64,000 nt of DNA from Candidatus Hydrogenedentota bacterium (GCA_034669905.1 JAXMOL010000018.1:64001-128000); one strand, 5' to 3'; shown: positions 30,855-41,451, numbered from the stretch's first letter. Numbers and translations: made by a program. Notes: a model not told the origin generated them from the letters alone.

Positions 30855-32183
30855 ATGGCGCGCGCACTTGAGAACCCTGCCTTCAGTACTTCAGACCGAT
30901 GGGCCTTCGCCCTGGAGCGGCTCATCATCCTCGCATCCTTGCTCTTCGTCCTGTCGGGCGTGGGCACGCTGCAAGTCGGGGATTCGGCCAACAGCCGGCT
31001 GGCAACGGTCTACAGTCTGGTGCACGACGGCACGTGGTATATTGACCGCCCCCTATCGGAGCCGCCCAACCCCTACGAAGTAAATACCATCGACAAGTGT
31101 AGCCTCGACGGCCGCATCCTCTCGACCAAACCGCCCCTCTTACCCCTCGCCATGACCGTGGAGTATGCCGCCCTCCATACCCTCTTCGGGTGGACCCTGG
31201 AATCGGGACGTGACCTGAAAATCCTGCTCCAGGTCATGATCGTATCGCTGATTATCCTGCCCTATCTGGTGGGACTGGTGTTTTTTGCCCTCCTCCTGGA
31301 TCTGATGATCACCAATCCATGGCAACGCTTGTTGCCCCTCGCGGCCATGGCTTTCGGGACCCAATTGCCCGGTTTCGCCACCGAGCTGAATAATCACACA
31401 CCGGCTATCGCCTTTCTCATCATAGTCCTCTACCTGAGCATCGGGATTTGCACGGGTAAACTGGCCCCTACAGCCCCGCGCTTCTTTGGCGTTGGATTGG
31501 CCGGTGCCCTGGTCTTTGCCCTCGATATGCCCCTCACGGTTTTCGTGGCTGCGTCGGGACTTGCCCTTGCCTGGAAGCACCCCCGGAACACCTTCCTGTG
31601 GGGCGGCCTCGGGTTGGCCGGGCCCCTGCTCATTCATTTTGGCACCATGCTCTACGTGACGGGCAGCCCCCTCCCCGTACAGATGCGGAAAGACCTCTAT
31701 CTCTATGAGAACAGTGCCTGGCGCAATCCGGGGGGACTGGATGCCCTCCACGAACCCAAGGGTACGTACTTCTTCCACATGACCTTTGGACGCTTCGGGA
31801 TCTTTCTGCTCTATCCCATCCTGCTATTCGGGCCGGCGGGATTGCTCTGGAGCCTCCTTCGGGGAGACAAGACGTGGCGGGTGTACTACGCTACCGCCCT
31901 GGGATGTATCGCCCTGCTCTTCGCCTACTATGTCTTTCGCACCAATAACTACGGCGGCGGTGCCTATGGCTTCCGATGGGGGATGGGGGTCATGCCCCTC
32001 TTGATACTCATGGGAGTTCCGCTCTTCGAACGGATGCGCGGCTATGCGGCGTGGGGAGTCGTTGCCCTGCTTATGGTGGTGTCGTGTTATTCTGCCTGGG
32101 AATGTTACGACATGCCCTGGGGGGCCTGCCACGAGTGGACCTGCCGCTGGCTTTTTGGTGCGCCCTACGCGCTGCCGTCGTAA
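30855..32183 (+). CDS. Polytopic membrane protein, probable GT-C fold glycosyltransferase
   Basis: About 10 TM segments; NSRLATVYSLVHDGT, IDK, STKPPL, LNNH, YGFRW patterns. Confidence 0.65.
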   Translation: MARALENPAFSTSDRWAFALERLIILASLLFVLSGVGTLQVGDSANSRLATVYSLVHDGTWYIDRPLSEPPNPYEVNTIDKCSLDGRILSTKPPLLPLAMTVEYAALHTLFGWTLESGRDLKILLQVMIVSLIILPYLVGLVFFALLLDLMITNPWQRLLPLAAMAFGTQLPGFATELNNHTPAIAFLIIVLYLSIGICTGKLAPTAPRFFGVGLAGALVFALDMPLTVFVAASGLALAWKHPRNTFLWGGLGLAGPLLIHFGTMLYVTGSPLPVQMRKDLYLYENSAWRNPGGLDALHEPKGTYFFHMTFGRFGIFLLYPILLFGPAGLLWSLLRGDKTWRVYYATALGCIALLFAYYVFRTNNYGGGAYGFRWGMGVMPLLILMGVPLFERMRGYAAWGVVALLMVVSCYSAWECYDMPWGACHEWTCRWLFGAPYALPS

Positions 32184-32201
32184 GCCCGTCGGCCTGCGGC
32201 A

Positions 32202-33383
32202 CTAGGGCGTGTTCAGGAATTCCTCAGCGACGGTCGCCAGGCTTTCCATGCCGACTGCAAGGGCTTCGTCATTAAAGATGAAGCGGGGGCTGTGAAGGGA
32301 TGGGGGGGCTAGAGCGTCTGGCGTATCATTCCCCAGAAAGATAAAGGCACCGGGTACCTTTTGCAGATAATACGCAAAGTCTTCCGCGGTCATGTAGGGA
32401 TGGGTAACGGGTATCACCTGCTCGGAACCAAAGGCCCCTTTGGCGGCCGTCTGTGCCAGCTCGCCCATGGCCACGTCATTGATCAGGACGGGATAGCCTG
32501 GTCCTTCAGACTCAACGTGGGCGGTTGCCCGGAAGGCCTGGGCCACGTTAGTGGCAATGCGCGTAATGGCTTCCCGGGTGTGTTGGCGGGTTTCCGGGCT
32601 CAGCGCACGAAAGGTGCCTTCCATCACCGCCGTATCCGGAATGATGTTGGAGGCGAAACCGGAATCTATGCGGGCCACGCTCACCACCACGGCCGACCAC
32701 GGGTCGGTCTCTCGACTGACTATCGTCTGCAGGGCCGTAACGATGTGCGCTGCCACCACCACCGGATCGATGGCGGCACCAGGGTTAGCACCGTGCCCGC
32801 CTTTGCCCTGGACGGTGATACGAAAAAAGTCCGCACTGGCCATAACCGGACCGGTTCCAATGGCCACCGAGCCACAGGGCAGGCCGGGCCAGCAATGCTG
32901 CGCAAAGACCCCGTCTACGTCGTCCAGCAGGCCTTCTTCTACGATAAACCGTCCACCCGCCGCAATCTCCTCGGCGGGCTGAAAGATACACTTAACCGTT
33001 CCAGCGAGCTGCTCCCTGCGTTCCCACAGGATACGCGCCGCGCCACACAGCATGGACGAGTGGCCATCGTGTCCGCAGGCATGCATGCGCTCGGGAATGG
33101 TGGAGGCATAGGGGAGGCCGGTTTCTTCCTGGATTTCCAGGGCGTCCATATCCGCCCGCAAGGCCACACAGCGTTGGCCTTCGCCCCGAATGGTAGCCAC
33201 GATTCCCGTGCCTTTGGCGTGTCCCCGGGTGTGGGGGATGCCCAGCTCCGTGAGATAGGCGGCGATACGGTCTGAGGTCCAATGTTCTTCAAAGCGAATC
33301 TCCGGGTGCTGGTGGAGTTCATGGCGAAGGGCCTGGATTTCGGGTACAAGCGCGGCCGCGGCCGATTTTATGGACGAATGCAT
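32202..33383 (-). CDS. M20 family amidohydrolase
   Basis: RHELHQHPE, LRADMDAL, MHACGHDGH, FQPAEE, GKGGHGA, AEDFAYY, LHSP. Confidence 0.94.
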   Translation of the reverse strand: MHSSIKSAAAALVPEIQALRHELHQHPEIRFEEHWTSDRIAAYLTELGIPHTRGHAKGTGIVATIRGEGQRCVALRADMDALEIQEETGLPYASTIPERMHACGHDGHSSMLCGAARILWERREQLAGTVKCIFQPAEEIAAGGRFIVEEGLLDDVDGVFAQHCWPGLPCGSVAIGTGPVMASADFFRITVQGKGGHGANPGAAIDPVVVAAHIVTALQTIVSRETDPWSAVVVSVARIDSGFASNIIPDTAVMEGTFRALSPETRQHTREAITRIATNVAQAFRATAHVESEGPGYPVLINDVAMGELAQTAAKGAFGSEQVIPVTHPYMTAEDFAYYLQKVPGAFIFLGNDTPDALAPPSLHSPRFIFNDEALAVGMESLATVAEEFLNTP

Positions 33384-33432
33384 GGGGGGTATCCATACCA
33401 GGGCGGGGCCACGGGGGCCCCATTCGCCCGGC

Positions 33433-36400
33433 TTAAAATTTCAGGCGACTTCCGGGGAAGGCCTTGATGTTAAATTCAAAGTTGATGTCGAAGCCCGACT
33501 CGCGGTCGCGGAAACGTATGGCCGTCTCCCAGCAGTGAAGGCTTCGGCGCAATTCATAGGTTTGACTGCGGAGGCTATCGTTCTCCAGATCATAGGTGTG
33601 CTCGAAACCAAAGCCCCACTTGTCACTGATCTTGTAACCGAGACCATAGAGGGCTTCGCGGTTGAAGACCTGTGACTGGGTCTCCGTGTAGGCAAAACCC
33701 ACGCGACCGGTGAACTTGTTGCCCCGGGTCTCGCCATCATAATAAACCTGTGACAGGACGCGATTGTAATCGCCAAAGCGGCTGCTGAAATCCTGCGCAT
33801 TGACACCGCCGAAGACATCGCCAATGACGACCTCATAGAAGCGGGGGTAATTGCGCGCCAGGGAGAAACGCCCCAGACTGCTATCATCATCGGCCGTGCT
33901 CTGACGCTCACCCGCGAGCTGGAAGCCCCACCATGGGCGGGGACGAATGTCGATCTCCACTTCATAGTCTTCCGTCTTCCGGGTTTCGTTCCAGAAGTCG
34001 TTGCCCTGATAGAGCGTCACCCGGCCAATCTGCCAGACTTCCCCCGATTCGGCGTCGCGGCCATAGAAGACGTTGGTCAGCTTCAATTCCACCCGGCTCC
34101 GTCCGAAGTCGCTGTCCAGCGGGTCAAATTGCGGAATCTCGGGAGCGTCCACGTTGGTCTCAGGGCGGTAGGTGTAGGTGATAGAGGGTACGACCATGTG
34201 CTTGATGGCCGAGAAGCCCCAACGCCCACCATAGGTCCGGGTCAGACGGGTTTGGGCCGTGACACCCGCCGTGGCACCCAGACGTCCCCGGGTAGAATCG
34301 TTCTTCCGGTCCTGCGTGTACCCGCTGGCATCAAGCTGCAGAAACGGGGTGATAGCAACGGCCGGATGGGGGTCCCAGTTGTAGGTCAGGCGGGCGACAT
34401 TTACTGAGCGCCCGGCACCGATGCCCCGGGGTTCACGATTGTAATAGCCGTTCACGGTATCAAAGCTGAAATAGAAGTTTTCACCCAGATTGCGTTCTAA
34501 CAGATGGTAGCTTACTTCCGGAGCCTGTTCCGTTTGATTGAACCAACCGTGGGATTGCATACGGACCGTACCCGTGGCGATATAACTCGGCTGGCGGTAC
34601 GTCACATTGGCAAAGCTCCGGGGGAGCGACCGGTTTCGGTAGAGATCGTAGTAGAAATCTTTGTAGAAGTCCTTGTCGCCCCAGTGTTCAACCTGGGCCC
34701 GTACCACCAGATCATTGCTGTACTCGTAGCGGTGGTACCAATGGACATAGCCCCGGTCCTTCGTCGTATAGAGCGCGTTGGCCTCGCCTCGGGTGCGGTA
34801 AAAGGGAGAAGCCGGGTTTTCCATAAAGTCGTAGGAGAGGTCCGCACCAAAACCCACGCCCTCTTTTTCCGTGGCGAAGATGCGCGGGCCGATGGCCACA
34901 TCAGGGCTGACTTCATACTGCTGCCCCACGTTGACGTAGTAACCCGTCTCGGCCTGACGTCCGCTGTCAAAGCTGACGTTCCACGGCGAGCCGCCCACAC
35001 TGCCACGACGCCACTTCGGCAGGTAGAGGGGCGTATCGGCTTTGCCCAGCTGGAGACGGGCGTCGGAGCCCGCCACGGGCTGGCCGTCTACCATTTCCAC
35101 ATCACTCAGGCGGATGCGGTAGTGGGGGTTGGGGCGGTCGCAGGTGGTCACCCACACATCATCGCCGCTGAGTGTCTGGGGGCCATGCAGGTGCAGTTTG
35201 TCAGCCGAAAAATAGTAAATGCCCGCCTGACCCTTGGCGTTGCTAAGCTCGCCTTTCCCTGTCTTGAAATCATACTCAAGGTGCTCCGCCGTCATCTCGC
35301 GGGTGGGTTCAATGATGTGGGCGTTCTCAAGGGTCAGTTGGCCCTGGTCCAGGGGGGCACCGCTTTCGGCGTCGTCGCCCTTAAGCACTGCGGCCTGTGC
35401 ATCTTTCTCTTCTTCGCCGGGCTCCAGCTTGTAGTGGATCAAGTCGGCAGCGATCGAGGAGGACTGCTGCGTAATCAGCACATTCCCTTCCGCATGGACC
35501 TCCACGGGATCCTGCTTGTGGGTAAAGCTGTCCGACTGCATCTTCATATCACCCAGCTCGGCCCGGAAGTCGTTGTAGGTGGTGGGGGCGTCGGAGGCCG
35601 TGCGTTTTGCGGTGGAAAACTTGATGTTCTCCAGCGGCTTGGTCAAATCGGGTGCCTGAAATCCCCCTTCGCTGCTACCAAATTCCGTGGGCCGAACCAC
35701 CGCATCGGCAATTGTCTTGCGCGACAGTTGCTGCAGCGGAGAAACCGATGGACGTCCGGGGGAGGGGGCACGGACACCCTGGGTGACGATGGGATTATGC
35801 CGAATGCCCTGGCTGCTTTGGGTCGTGCTCTTGGGGGTCTCGGCGGGCATTTCCGCAGGGGCCGGCTCACTGGCAGGGGAGCTCTCCGGGGCGACCTTCT
35901 CCGCCATCTCTTCTTCCGCAGGTGCGGCTTCGTCCACGACAGGGGGGGCAGCGGCTGCTTCCGATGCTTCCTCGGGCGAGGGTGCTTCGTTTACCGGGGC
36001 AGCCTCCACGATGACCATGGTCGAATCGTCGGCCTCCGCCGTGTGCGTACGCTCTGCCGTGCTGGCCGGCGGGGCAACAGGGGGTGCCAGGAGGCCGAGA
36101 TTGGCCGCCTGCAGGTGCCCTTCTTTGGGATCGAGGAGGGCCAGAATGTTTTCCCGAGCAACGACCACCGTGGCGCTCTCCGCAAGGGGCCGTTCTTCCT
36201 GGAGGCTCAGGTCCAGTCCGTAGCGGCGGTAGCTGTCACCCGTCACCACATGCACGGTATCGCCCGCAACCGCGATATCCGTGGCCGCAAGCGGTACCGT
36301 TTGTTTCACGGCGCCCGAGGTGATGTCGACACGAGCCAGGGACGTCTTACCGAGGACCACGACATGGGTGGCGTCCGCAGCCGCAATGCGAAGGGCGTCT

Positions 36401-37005
36401 TCCGGCAGGGAAATCGTTTTCTCGAAGGCAAGTCCCGATGCACTGTAGGTATAGAGTTGGTTGTCCGCACGGCTCAGGGCGACGATGTGCCCAGCGGTGG
36501 TCGTCACGGAAACGGGCACGGACGGGCTATCTGGCAAGGTCGTCACGGAGATGGATCCCCGTGTGTCAATGAGCGAAAGGGAGTCGGAGAAGGAATTGGC
36601 CACCACAAAGCGCCCTTCACCAAGTGCCGCGATAGCAGCAGGACCACTACCCACTTCCACGGTCGCCAGGATGCCCAGGTCGGCAAGGCGAATCAAGGTG
36701 ACAGAATTGCCAAGCCGGTTAACACAGGCCAGCACGGTGCTGTCTTGGGCCAGGGCTACCGGGCCATCGCCTACGTTGATGCGGGTTGCGACTTTACCGG
36801 TGGCCGGGTCGATTCGCCACACCGTATCCCGATCGTAGGAGGTGACGAAAAACTGGCCATGGGCCGTATCGATGGCACCATCGCGAAACTGTCCGCGAAC
36901 ATCCAGGGAGTGGGTGGTCGACTGGGCACCGGCATGCAGCGCCCCTGCGCCGACCAGAACTATCCCAAGGGTCGCGCGCACAACGAACTTAAGTTGAAAA
37001 GTCAC
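33433..37005 (-). CDS. lptD: LptD-like LPS-assembly outer-membrane protein with N-terminal YVTN-type beta-propeller
   Basis: Signal peptide; propeller repeats (INVGDGPVAL, VEVGSGPAAI, VVANSFSDSLSLID); P/A/E linker; OstA-like AEGNVLI..IAAD, VTTCDRPNPHY; barrel ending HCWE...FNIKAFP. Confidence 0.78.
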   Translation of the reverse strand: MTFQLKFVVRATLGIVLVGAGALHAGAQSTTHSLDVRGQFRDGAIDTAHGQFFVTSYDRDTVWRIDPATGKVATRINVGDGPVALAQDSTVLACVNRLGNSVTLIRLADLGILATVEVGSGPAAIAALGEGRFVVANSFSDSLSLIDTRGSISVTTLPDSPSVPVSVTTTAGHIVALSRADNQLYTYSASGLAFEKTISLPEDALRIAAADATHVVVLGKTSLARVDITSGAVKQTVPLAATDIAVAGDTVHVVTGDSYRRYGLDLSLQEERPLAESATVVVARENILALLDPKEGHLQAANLGLLAPPVAPPASTAERTHTAEADDSTMVIVEAAPVNEAPSPEEASEAAAAPPVVDEAAPAEEEMAEKVAPESSPASEPAPAEMPAETPKSTTQSSQGIRHNPIVTQGVRAPSPGRPSVSPLQQLSRKTIADAVVRPTEFGSSEGGFQAPDLTKPLENIKFSTAKRTASDAPTTYNDFRAELGDMKMQSDSFTHKQDPVEVHAEGNVLITQQSSSIAADLIHYKLEPGEEEKDAQAAVLKGDDAESGAPLDQGQLTLENAHIIEPTREMTAEHLEYDFKTGKGELSNAKGQAGIYYFSADKLHLHGPQTLSGDDVWVTTCDRPNPHYRIRLSDVEMVDGQPVAGSDARLQLGKADTPLYLPKWRRGSVGGSPWNVSFDSGRQAETGYYVNVGQQYEVSPDVAIGPRIFATEKEGVGFGADLSYDFMENPASPFYRTRGEANALYTTKDRGYVHWYHRYEYSNDLVVRAQVEHWGDKDFYKDFYYDLYRNRSLPRSFANVTYRQPSYIATGTVRMQSHGWFNQTEQAPEVSYHLLERNLGENFYFSFDTVNGYYNREPRGIGAGRSVNVARLTYNWDPHPAVAITPFLQLDASGYTQDRKNDSTRGRLGATAGVTAQTRLTRTYGGRWGFSAIKHMVVPSITYTYRPETNVDAPEIPQFDPLDSDFGRSRVELKLTNVFYGRDAESGEVWQIGRVTLYQGNDFWNETRKTEDYEVEIDIRPRPWWGFQLAGERQSTADDDSSLGRFSLARNYPRFYEVVIGDVFGGVNAQDFSSRFGDYNRVLSQVYYDGETRGNKFTGRVGFAYTETQSQVFNREALYGLGYKISDKWGFGFEHTYDLENDSLRSQTYELRRSLHCWETAIRFRDRESGFDINFEFNIKAFPGSRLKF

Positions 37006-37142
37006 GTAGATCACTTTCCGTGCTGACGAAGGGTGCGCCGTCCTTATGGACCGCACCAGCTTCGTGCTTATGGTTGCGAGCCGATGGTCTTGCCGCCACC
37101 GGTCGTATCGTATCCAAGTACCGCGCAATGCGCGTGCTTAAT

Positions 37143-38090
37143 CTATGCCTGCAGACAGGGCTGCGACGCCGCCAGCGATTCGGCGGCCTCCAGGGAAACA
37201 TTGCTGCCGGCCGTTCCGGCGGTCTGCACCGTAAGGGCACCCACGGCGTTGGCCAGGGCACCGCAGCGTTCGAGGTCCCACCCGGCGTTAATACCGTACA
37301 GAAATCCGGCGCACGCCGCATCACCGGCACCCGTGCCATCGACAACCGTCACATCGTGGCGCCCAAAGCTGTAGCGCTCGGTCGCGTTGCAGACCATGAG
37401 CCCCTCGGCCCCCATTTTCAGCAGGATGCTCTCCACGCCGTAATTCAGGAAGAACTGCAGTATCTCTTCGGGCTCAGCCGTGCCCGTGTAGTGCGGCGCT
37501 TCGCTCATGCTCGTGCAAATGATGTTGGTGTAGGGGAGCGCAGCCTCCATCAGGGGAAGCCACGTATTGGAGCCGTCGAAGCAGGTGTCAATCGATGTCT
37601 TGACACCCATACCCTGCACACGTTCAAAGACGCGGCCAATAGGCGCACCGTGGAGCATGGGGGTCAACCCCGGCCCACCCCAGTGAAATACCTTGGACTT
37701 ACCCACCAAGTCAAAATCGATGTCCGCTTCAGAAACGATACCCACCGTACCCACGTTGTGGAGAAAGGTGCGCTCGCCTTCGCTATCGATCAGTACGACC
37801 GTAGCGGCCGAGCTGGTTCCATCTACCCGCCGAATGCCATCGGTATTTACGTGGGCATCGTGGAAGGCCTGGATCAGGAAATCCCCGAAGGCATCATTGC
37901 CCAGACAGCCCGTGAAAGCGGCCTGTCCACCCAGTTGACTGTAGACCGCCGCGGTGACACCGGCGAGGCCTCCCATGGCCATATCGAGAGAAGGAATGAG
38001 GCCCAACGTGCCCCGTTTCGGGAGTTCATCTACAGGTTGTGCTTTTACGTCAGCACACACGCAACCTATAGTTACAAGATCACAAGACAT
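37143..38090 (-). CDS. PfkB family carbohydrate kinase
   Basis: GCLGNDAFG, GERTF, KMGAEG, VVDGTGAGDA signature. Confidence 0.92.
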   Translation of the reverse strand: MSCDLVTIGCVCADVKAQPVDELPKRGTLGLIPSLDMAMGGLAGVTAAVYSQLGGQAAFTGCLGNDAFGDFLIQAFHDAHVNTDGIRRVDGTSSAATVVLIDSEGERTFLHNVGTVGIVSEADIDFDLVGKSKVFHWGGPGLTPMLHGAPIGRVFERVQGMGVKTSIDTCFDGSNTWLPLMEAALPYTNIICTSMSEAPHYTGTAEPEEILQFFLNYGVESILLKMGAEGLMVCNATERYSFGRHDVTVVDGTGAGDAACAGFLYGINAGWDLERCGALANAVGALTVQTAGTAGSNVSLEAAESLAASQPCLQA

Positions 38091-38325
38091 ACACGTCGCC
38101 CTTGGGTTATTAAACAAAGAATTCGCAGCGCTTGGAGTATAGCAAGTTGACCCTTTGCGCGCAATCTTACCGGGCAGAGCGGGCCACCTTATGGGGGGGC
38201 GTTTGCATCGGCTCAGAGGGCCCGGGAAGGGGCACTGCATAAAGGAAATACCGAATAATTGGCCTATGACCGGTTGGTCTGCTATCCTCCCCCATTCCCG
38301 TGTTTTCTTTCCCTGTGAGGTCCCT

Positions 38326-39414
38326 ATGAAAAAGTGTATTCGAATCGTGATCGCGGTGATTGCCCTGTGTCTGGCCTATCTTATGCTCTGGCCCGTACCC
38401 ATCGAACCCGTCGCCTGGAATCCGCCCGTCGCCCCAGCCCTGACGGGCGACTATGCCGTCAACCAGGCCCTCGCTTCGGTAGAGCGACTCGGGGAAGGGG
38501 TGGGGCCCAAACCGGAGGACATCGCGCTCGATGGCGAGGGCCGCATTCTTGCCGGTTTCGAAGACGGCCGTATCATGCGCTGGGATAGTGCCGGGCAAAA
38601 CCCGACCCTTTTCGCCGACACCGGTGGCCGTCCATTGGGGATGCACGTTGATGCCGATGGCAATCTGATCGTGGCGGACTCCTATCAGGGGCTCTTGCGT
38701 GTGGCACCCGATGGCGCTATTACGGTGCTCTCTACGGAACATGATGGTGTGCCTTATCGTTTCACGAACGACGTGGATATCGCCGCCGATGGCACCATCT
38801 ATTTCTCCGATGCTTCCCATAAATTCGGCCAGACTGCCTTCATGGAGGATCTCATCGAGCACGGCGCCAACGGACGGCTCCTTGCCTATCACCCCGCCCG
38901 GAAAGAGACGGAGTTGTTGCTCGACGGCCTCTATTTCGCCAACGGTGTTGCGGTGGACCCGGGGCAGCAGTTCGTGCTGGTCAATGAGACGGGCTCCTAC
39001 CTGGTGCGGAAATATTGGATAGCGGGTCCCCGGAAAGGGGAGCACGAGGTGATTCTCGATAACCTGCCCGGTTTCCCCGACGGCATCTCCACGGGCGCCA
39101 ATGGCGTCTTCTGGGTGGCCCTGGCGTCGCCTCGGAATTCCCTCATGGACAAGCTCGGTCCCAAGCCCTTTCTGCGGAAGGTGGTCATGCGCCTGCCGGG
39201 TTTCCTGCGTCCTAAGCCTGTGAAATACAGCTTCGTCCTTGGCGTAGATGAGAATGGCACGGTCATGCACAACCTTCAAGATCCGGAGGGCGCCTATGCG
39301 CCCATCACGAGTGTGCAGGAAGAAAACGGCATGCTCTATTTCGGCAGCATCATCGAGTCGGCCTTTGCGCGCTTCCCGGTGCCGTCGAATGCAGGCGAGA
39401 CTCCCGCGCCATGA
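38326..39414 (+). CDS. Strictosidine synthase-like / SMP-30 beta-propeller protein
   Basis: PEDIA, GGRPLG, FTNDVDI, IYFSDAS, GLYFANGVA, NLPGFPDGI. Confidence 0.92.
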   Translation: MKKCIRIVIAVIALCLAYLMLWPVPIEPVAWNPPVAPALTGDYAVNQALASVERLGEGVGPKPEDIALDGEGRILAGFEDGRIMRWDSAGQNPTLFADTGGRPLGMHVDADGNLIVADSYQGLLRVAPDGAITVLSTEHDGVPYRFTNDVDIAADGTIYFSDASHKFGQTAFMEDLIEHGANGRLLAYHPARKETELLLDGLYFANGVAVDPGQQFVLVNETGSYLVRKYWIAGPRKGEHEVILDNLPGFPDGISTGANGVFWVALASPRNSLMDKLGPKPFLRKVVMRLPGFLRPKPVKYSFVLGVDENGTVMHNLQDPEGAYAPITSVQEENGMLYFGSIIESAFARFPVPSNAGETPAP

Positions 39415-40703
39415 GAATGCGACAGACAGCAGCCCAGGCCCATGCCTTGCTCGATGAACAGAGCACCGATTTCGCTCGGGTAGAAAACCCGCCCGGTATT
39501 TTCCCCGCTCATGAAGTGGTGCCCCTGGCCCCTGGATATTCCACGGTGGAAGCTTCCCCGGCAGCGCTCTTCCTGGATATGGACGGCACCATTACGTGCA
39601 CCGAACCCCTTTTCCTGCACGGCGTGGAGCAGGTGGTGCGCCGTGCAACCGGCTGGGCGACCTGTGACGATTGGGCGGGCCTCGATCCAGCCATTGACCA
39701 TCCGCGCATTGTGGGCTACAGCACCGTGCGGAATCTGGAGTATCTCCACGGCAAGTTTGGTGCGGCGGTGCTGCCCCCATTGTTTTTCGACGCCGTGGAC
39801 TCGGCCCTTGTGTTTCTGGGGGCCCATCCCATTCCCCACGATATCGAAGTGCGTATCGACGATATGATGGCCGCCTACCACCTGGAAGCGTGGTGGGATG
39901 ACGCCCAGGCGACCCATCGGGTCGAATCGGATGGCGCACAGATTCGCGCGGATTTTCTGGGACGCTACCGCACGATCGACGTAAACATGTTTGCCCAAAT
40001 GGGACTCATGGTGTTCTACGCCGATTATCTCGACGCCTTGATGAAGGTAAACCGGGGAGACGGGGCTTCCGTATCTCAGGCGGTATATGGAGACCCCCAC
40101 ATCCCGGCGGTCGCGCCCATGCCCGGCATCGCCTTGCTCTGTGCGGTGGCAAAGGGATGGCTCCGACCGGAAGATGGTCCGGCCCTGGCAGCGGCCCACG
40201 GACAAGAGGGCGTGCAGCGGCTGGGCCTGTGTCTCGAATGTTTTTCGGGCCATCCCGCGCGGGTTGCGCTGGTGACCTCCTCCGGTTCCCACGAAACCGA
40301 GCTGGTCTTGGAGGCCGTATTCCGTGCCATGCGCGAAGAAGTGCGGGGGTGGGGGATTCCCCAGGATCTTGTAGAACGTATTCAACAGGGATTCGAAGAT
40401 CCGAAGAATTACTTCGACACGATTGTAACCTGTGATGACGTGATTGAAGGGCGGACCAAACCCTTCCGTGACCCCTATACCTTGGCACTGGGCCGATTGG
40501 GCCTTCACGGGGACGCTGCCCGGCGCGTCATCGGTTTTGAAGACACGGAGGCCGGCATTATTGCCCAGCGTGGTGCAGGCGTGGGGGTTCCCTGTGCCTT
40601 ACCTATTGAACACACCCGGCATCAGGATTTTTCAGCCGCCGCCCATGTTCTGCCCGGTGGGGTGTTGGAAGCCCTGTTTCGCCATGGGTTATTTATTGCC
40701 TGA
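39411..40703 (+). CDS. HAD-superfamily hydrolase with large cap insertion
   Basis: Motif I DMDGT, motif II LVTSS, KPFRDPY, motif IV GFEDT; ATGA overlap with the previous gene. Confidence 0.82.
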   Translation: MRMRQTAAQAHALLDEQSTDFARVENPPGIFPAHEVVPLAPGYSTVEASPAALFLDMDGTITCTEPLFLHGVEQVVRRATGWATCDDWAGLDPAIDHPRIVGYSTVRNLEYLHGKFGAAVLPPLFFDAVDSALVFLGAHPIPHDIEVRIDDMMAAYHLEAWWDDAQATHRVESDGAQIRADFLGRYRTIDVNMFAQMGLMVFYADYLDALMKVNRGDGASVSQAVYGDPHIPAVAPMPGIALLCAVAKGWLRPEDGPALAAAHGQEGVQRLGLCLECFSGHPARVALVTSSGSHETELVLEAVFRAMREEVRGWGIPQDLVERIQQGFEDPKNYFDTIVTCDDVIEGRTKPFRDPYTLALGRLGLHGDAARRVIGFEDTEAGIIAQRGAGVGVPCALPIEHTRHQDFSAAAHVLPGGVLEALFRHGLFIA

Positions 40704-40782
40704 TTGAGGGCACCGAATTCCTGCCTGATGTCGTCTGTATGACGAGCGGGTTTTCCTGCCCGCAACAGGGCTTACGCGGGGC

Positions 40783-41451
40783 CTAAATCCGCCGCGCGAC
40801 GATATCCTCGAAGGCGCTTCGCCACGATGCGCTCAGCGCAGGGTTCTGAAGCACCTCCTCGGCCCGTGCGCGGTTGCGGTTGTCGAAGAAGCGCAGGTGA
40901 TTCGCTTCCGTCACCGTGACGCGTGCTTCGGTCGTGGGAATCAATTCGATGGTGTCTCCGGCCTGCAGCGTGCCCTCTTCCAAAACCCGAAAGTAGAATC
41001 CCACCAGCCCGCTCTTCATGAAGAGCTTGGGGAAACCCGGCAGTTTCATCTTGATGCCCAGCTTGAAGCAGGGCTGGCGCGGTTGGCTGACTTCCAGGAG
41101 CACGGACCCGATTCGTAGACGGTCCCCGATGGATAGCTCCGTTTCCAGCAGCCCCTCGGTCGTCAGGTTCTCGCCAAACTGCCCCACGGAAAAAGCGTCG
41201 CGCTCCAGTTCCGTGGCCCAATGGGCGTAGTGTTCCCACGGGTAGCCATAGACCGCCTTGTCCGGCCCGCCGTGGTGAACGAGGTCGGCCTGTTTGTCGC
41301 CCGCCATTTGGGTACGGCCCACCAAGACGGGGCCGTCCACCGGTTGTTTAAAGATGCCGGTTTCTACCAGTCCATCCCGATACATGACTTGTTTGAGTCC
41401 GGAGACACTGACAGCGCGAAGTCTCATGGTGAAATCCTGTGGGTAGTCCAT
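40783..41451 (-). CDS. MOSC domain protein (YiiM-like, with 3-alpha domain)
   Basis: TGIFKQPV, GDKQAD..HHGGPDKAV, FGENLT, VSQPRQPCFKL, GFYFRVLEEG. Confidence 0.92.
   Translation of the reverse strand: MDYPQDFTMRLRAVSVSGLKQVMYRDGLVETGIFKQPVDGPVLVGRTQMAGDKQADLVHHGGPDKAVYGYPWEHYAHWATELERDAFSVGQFGENLTTEGLLETELSIGDRLRIGSVLLEVSQPRQPCFKLGIKMKLPGFPKLFMKSGLVGFYFRVLEEGTLQAGDTIELIPTTEARVTVTEANHLRFFDNRNRARAEEVLQNPALSASWRSAFEDIVARRI

Noticed and set aside
34504..37026. 840-aa plus-strand ORF
   Set aside because: Antisense to the LptD-like gene, with no recognisable domain.
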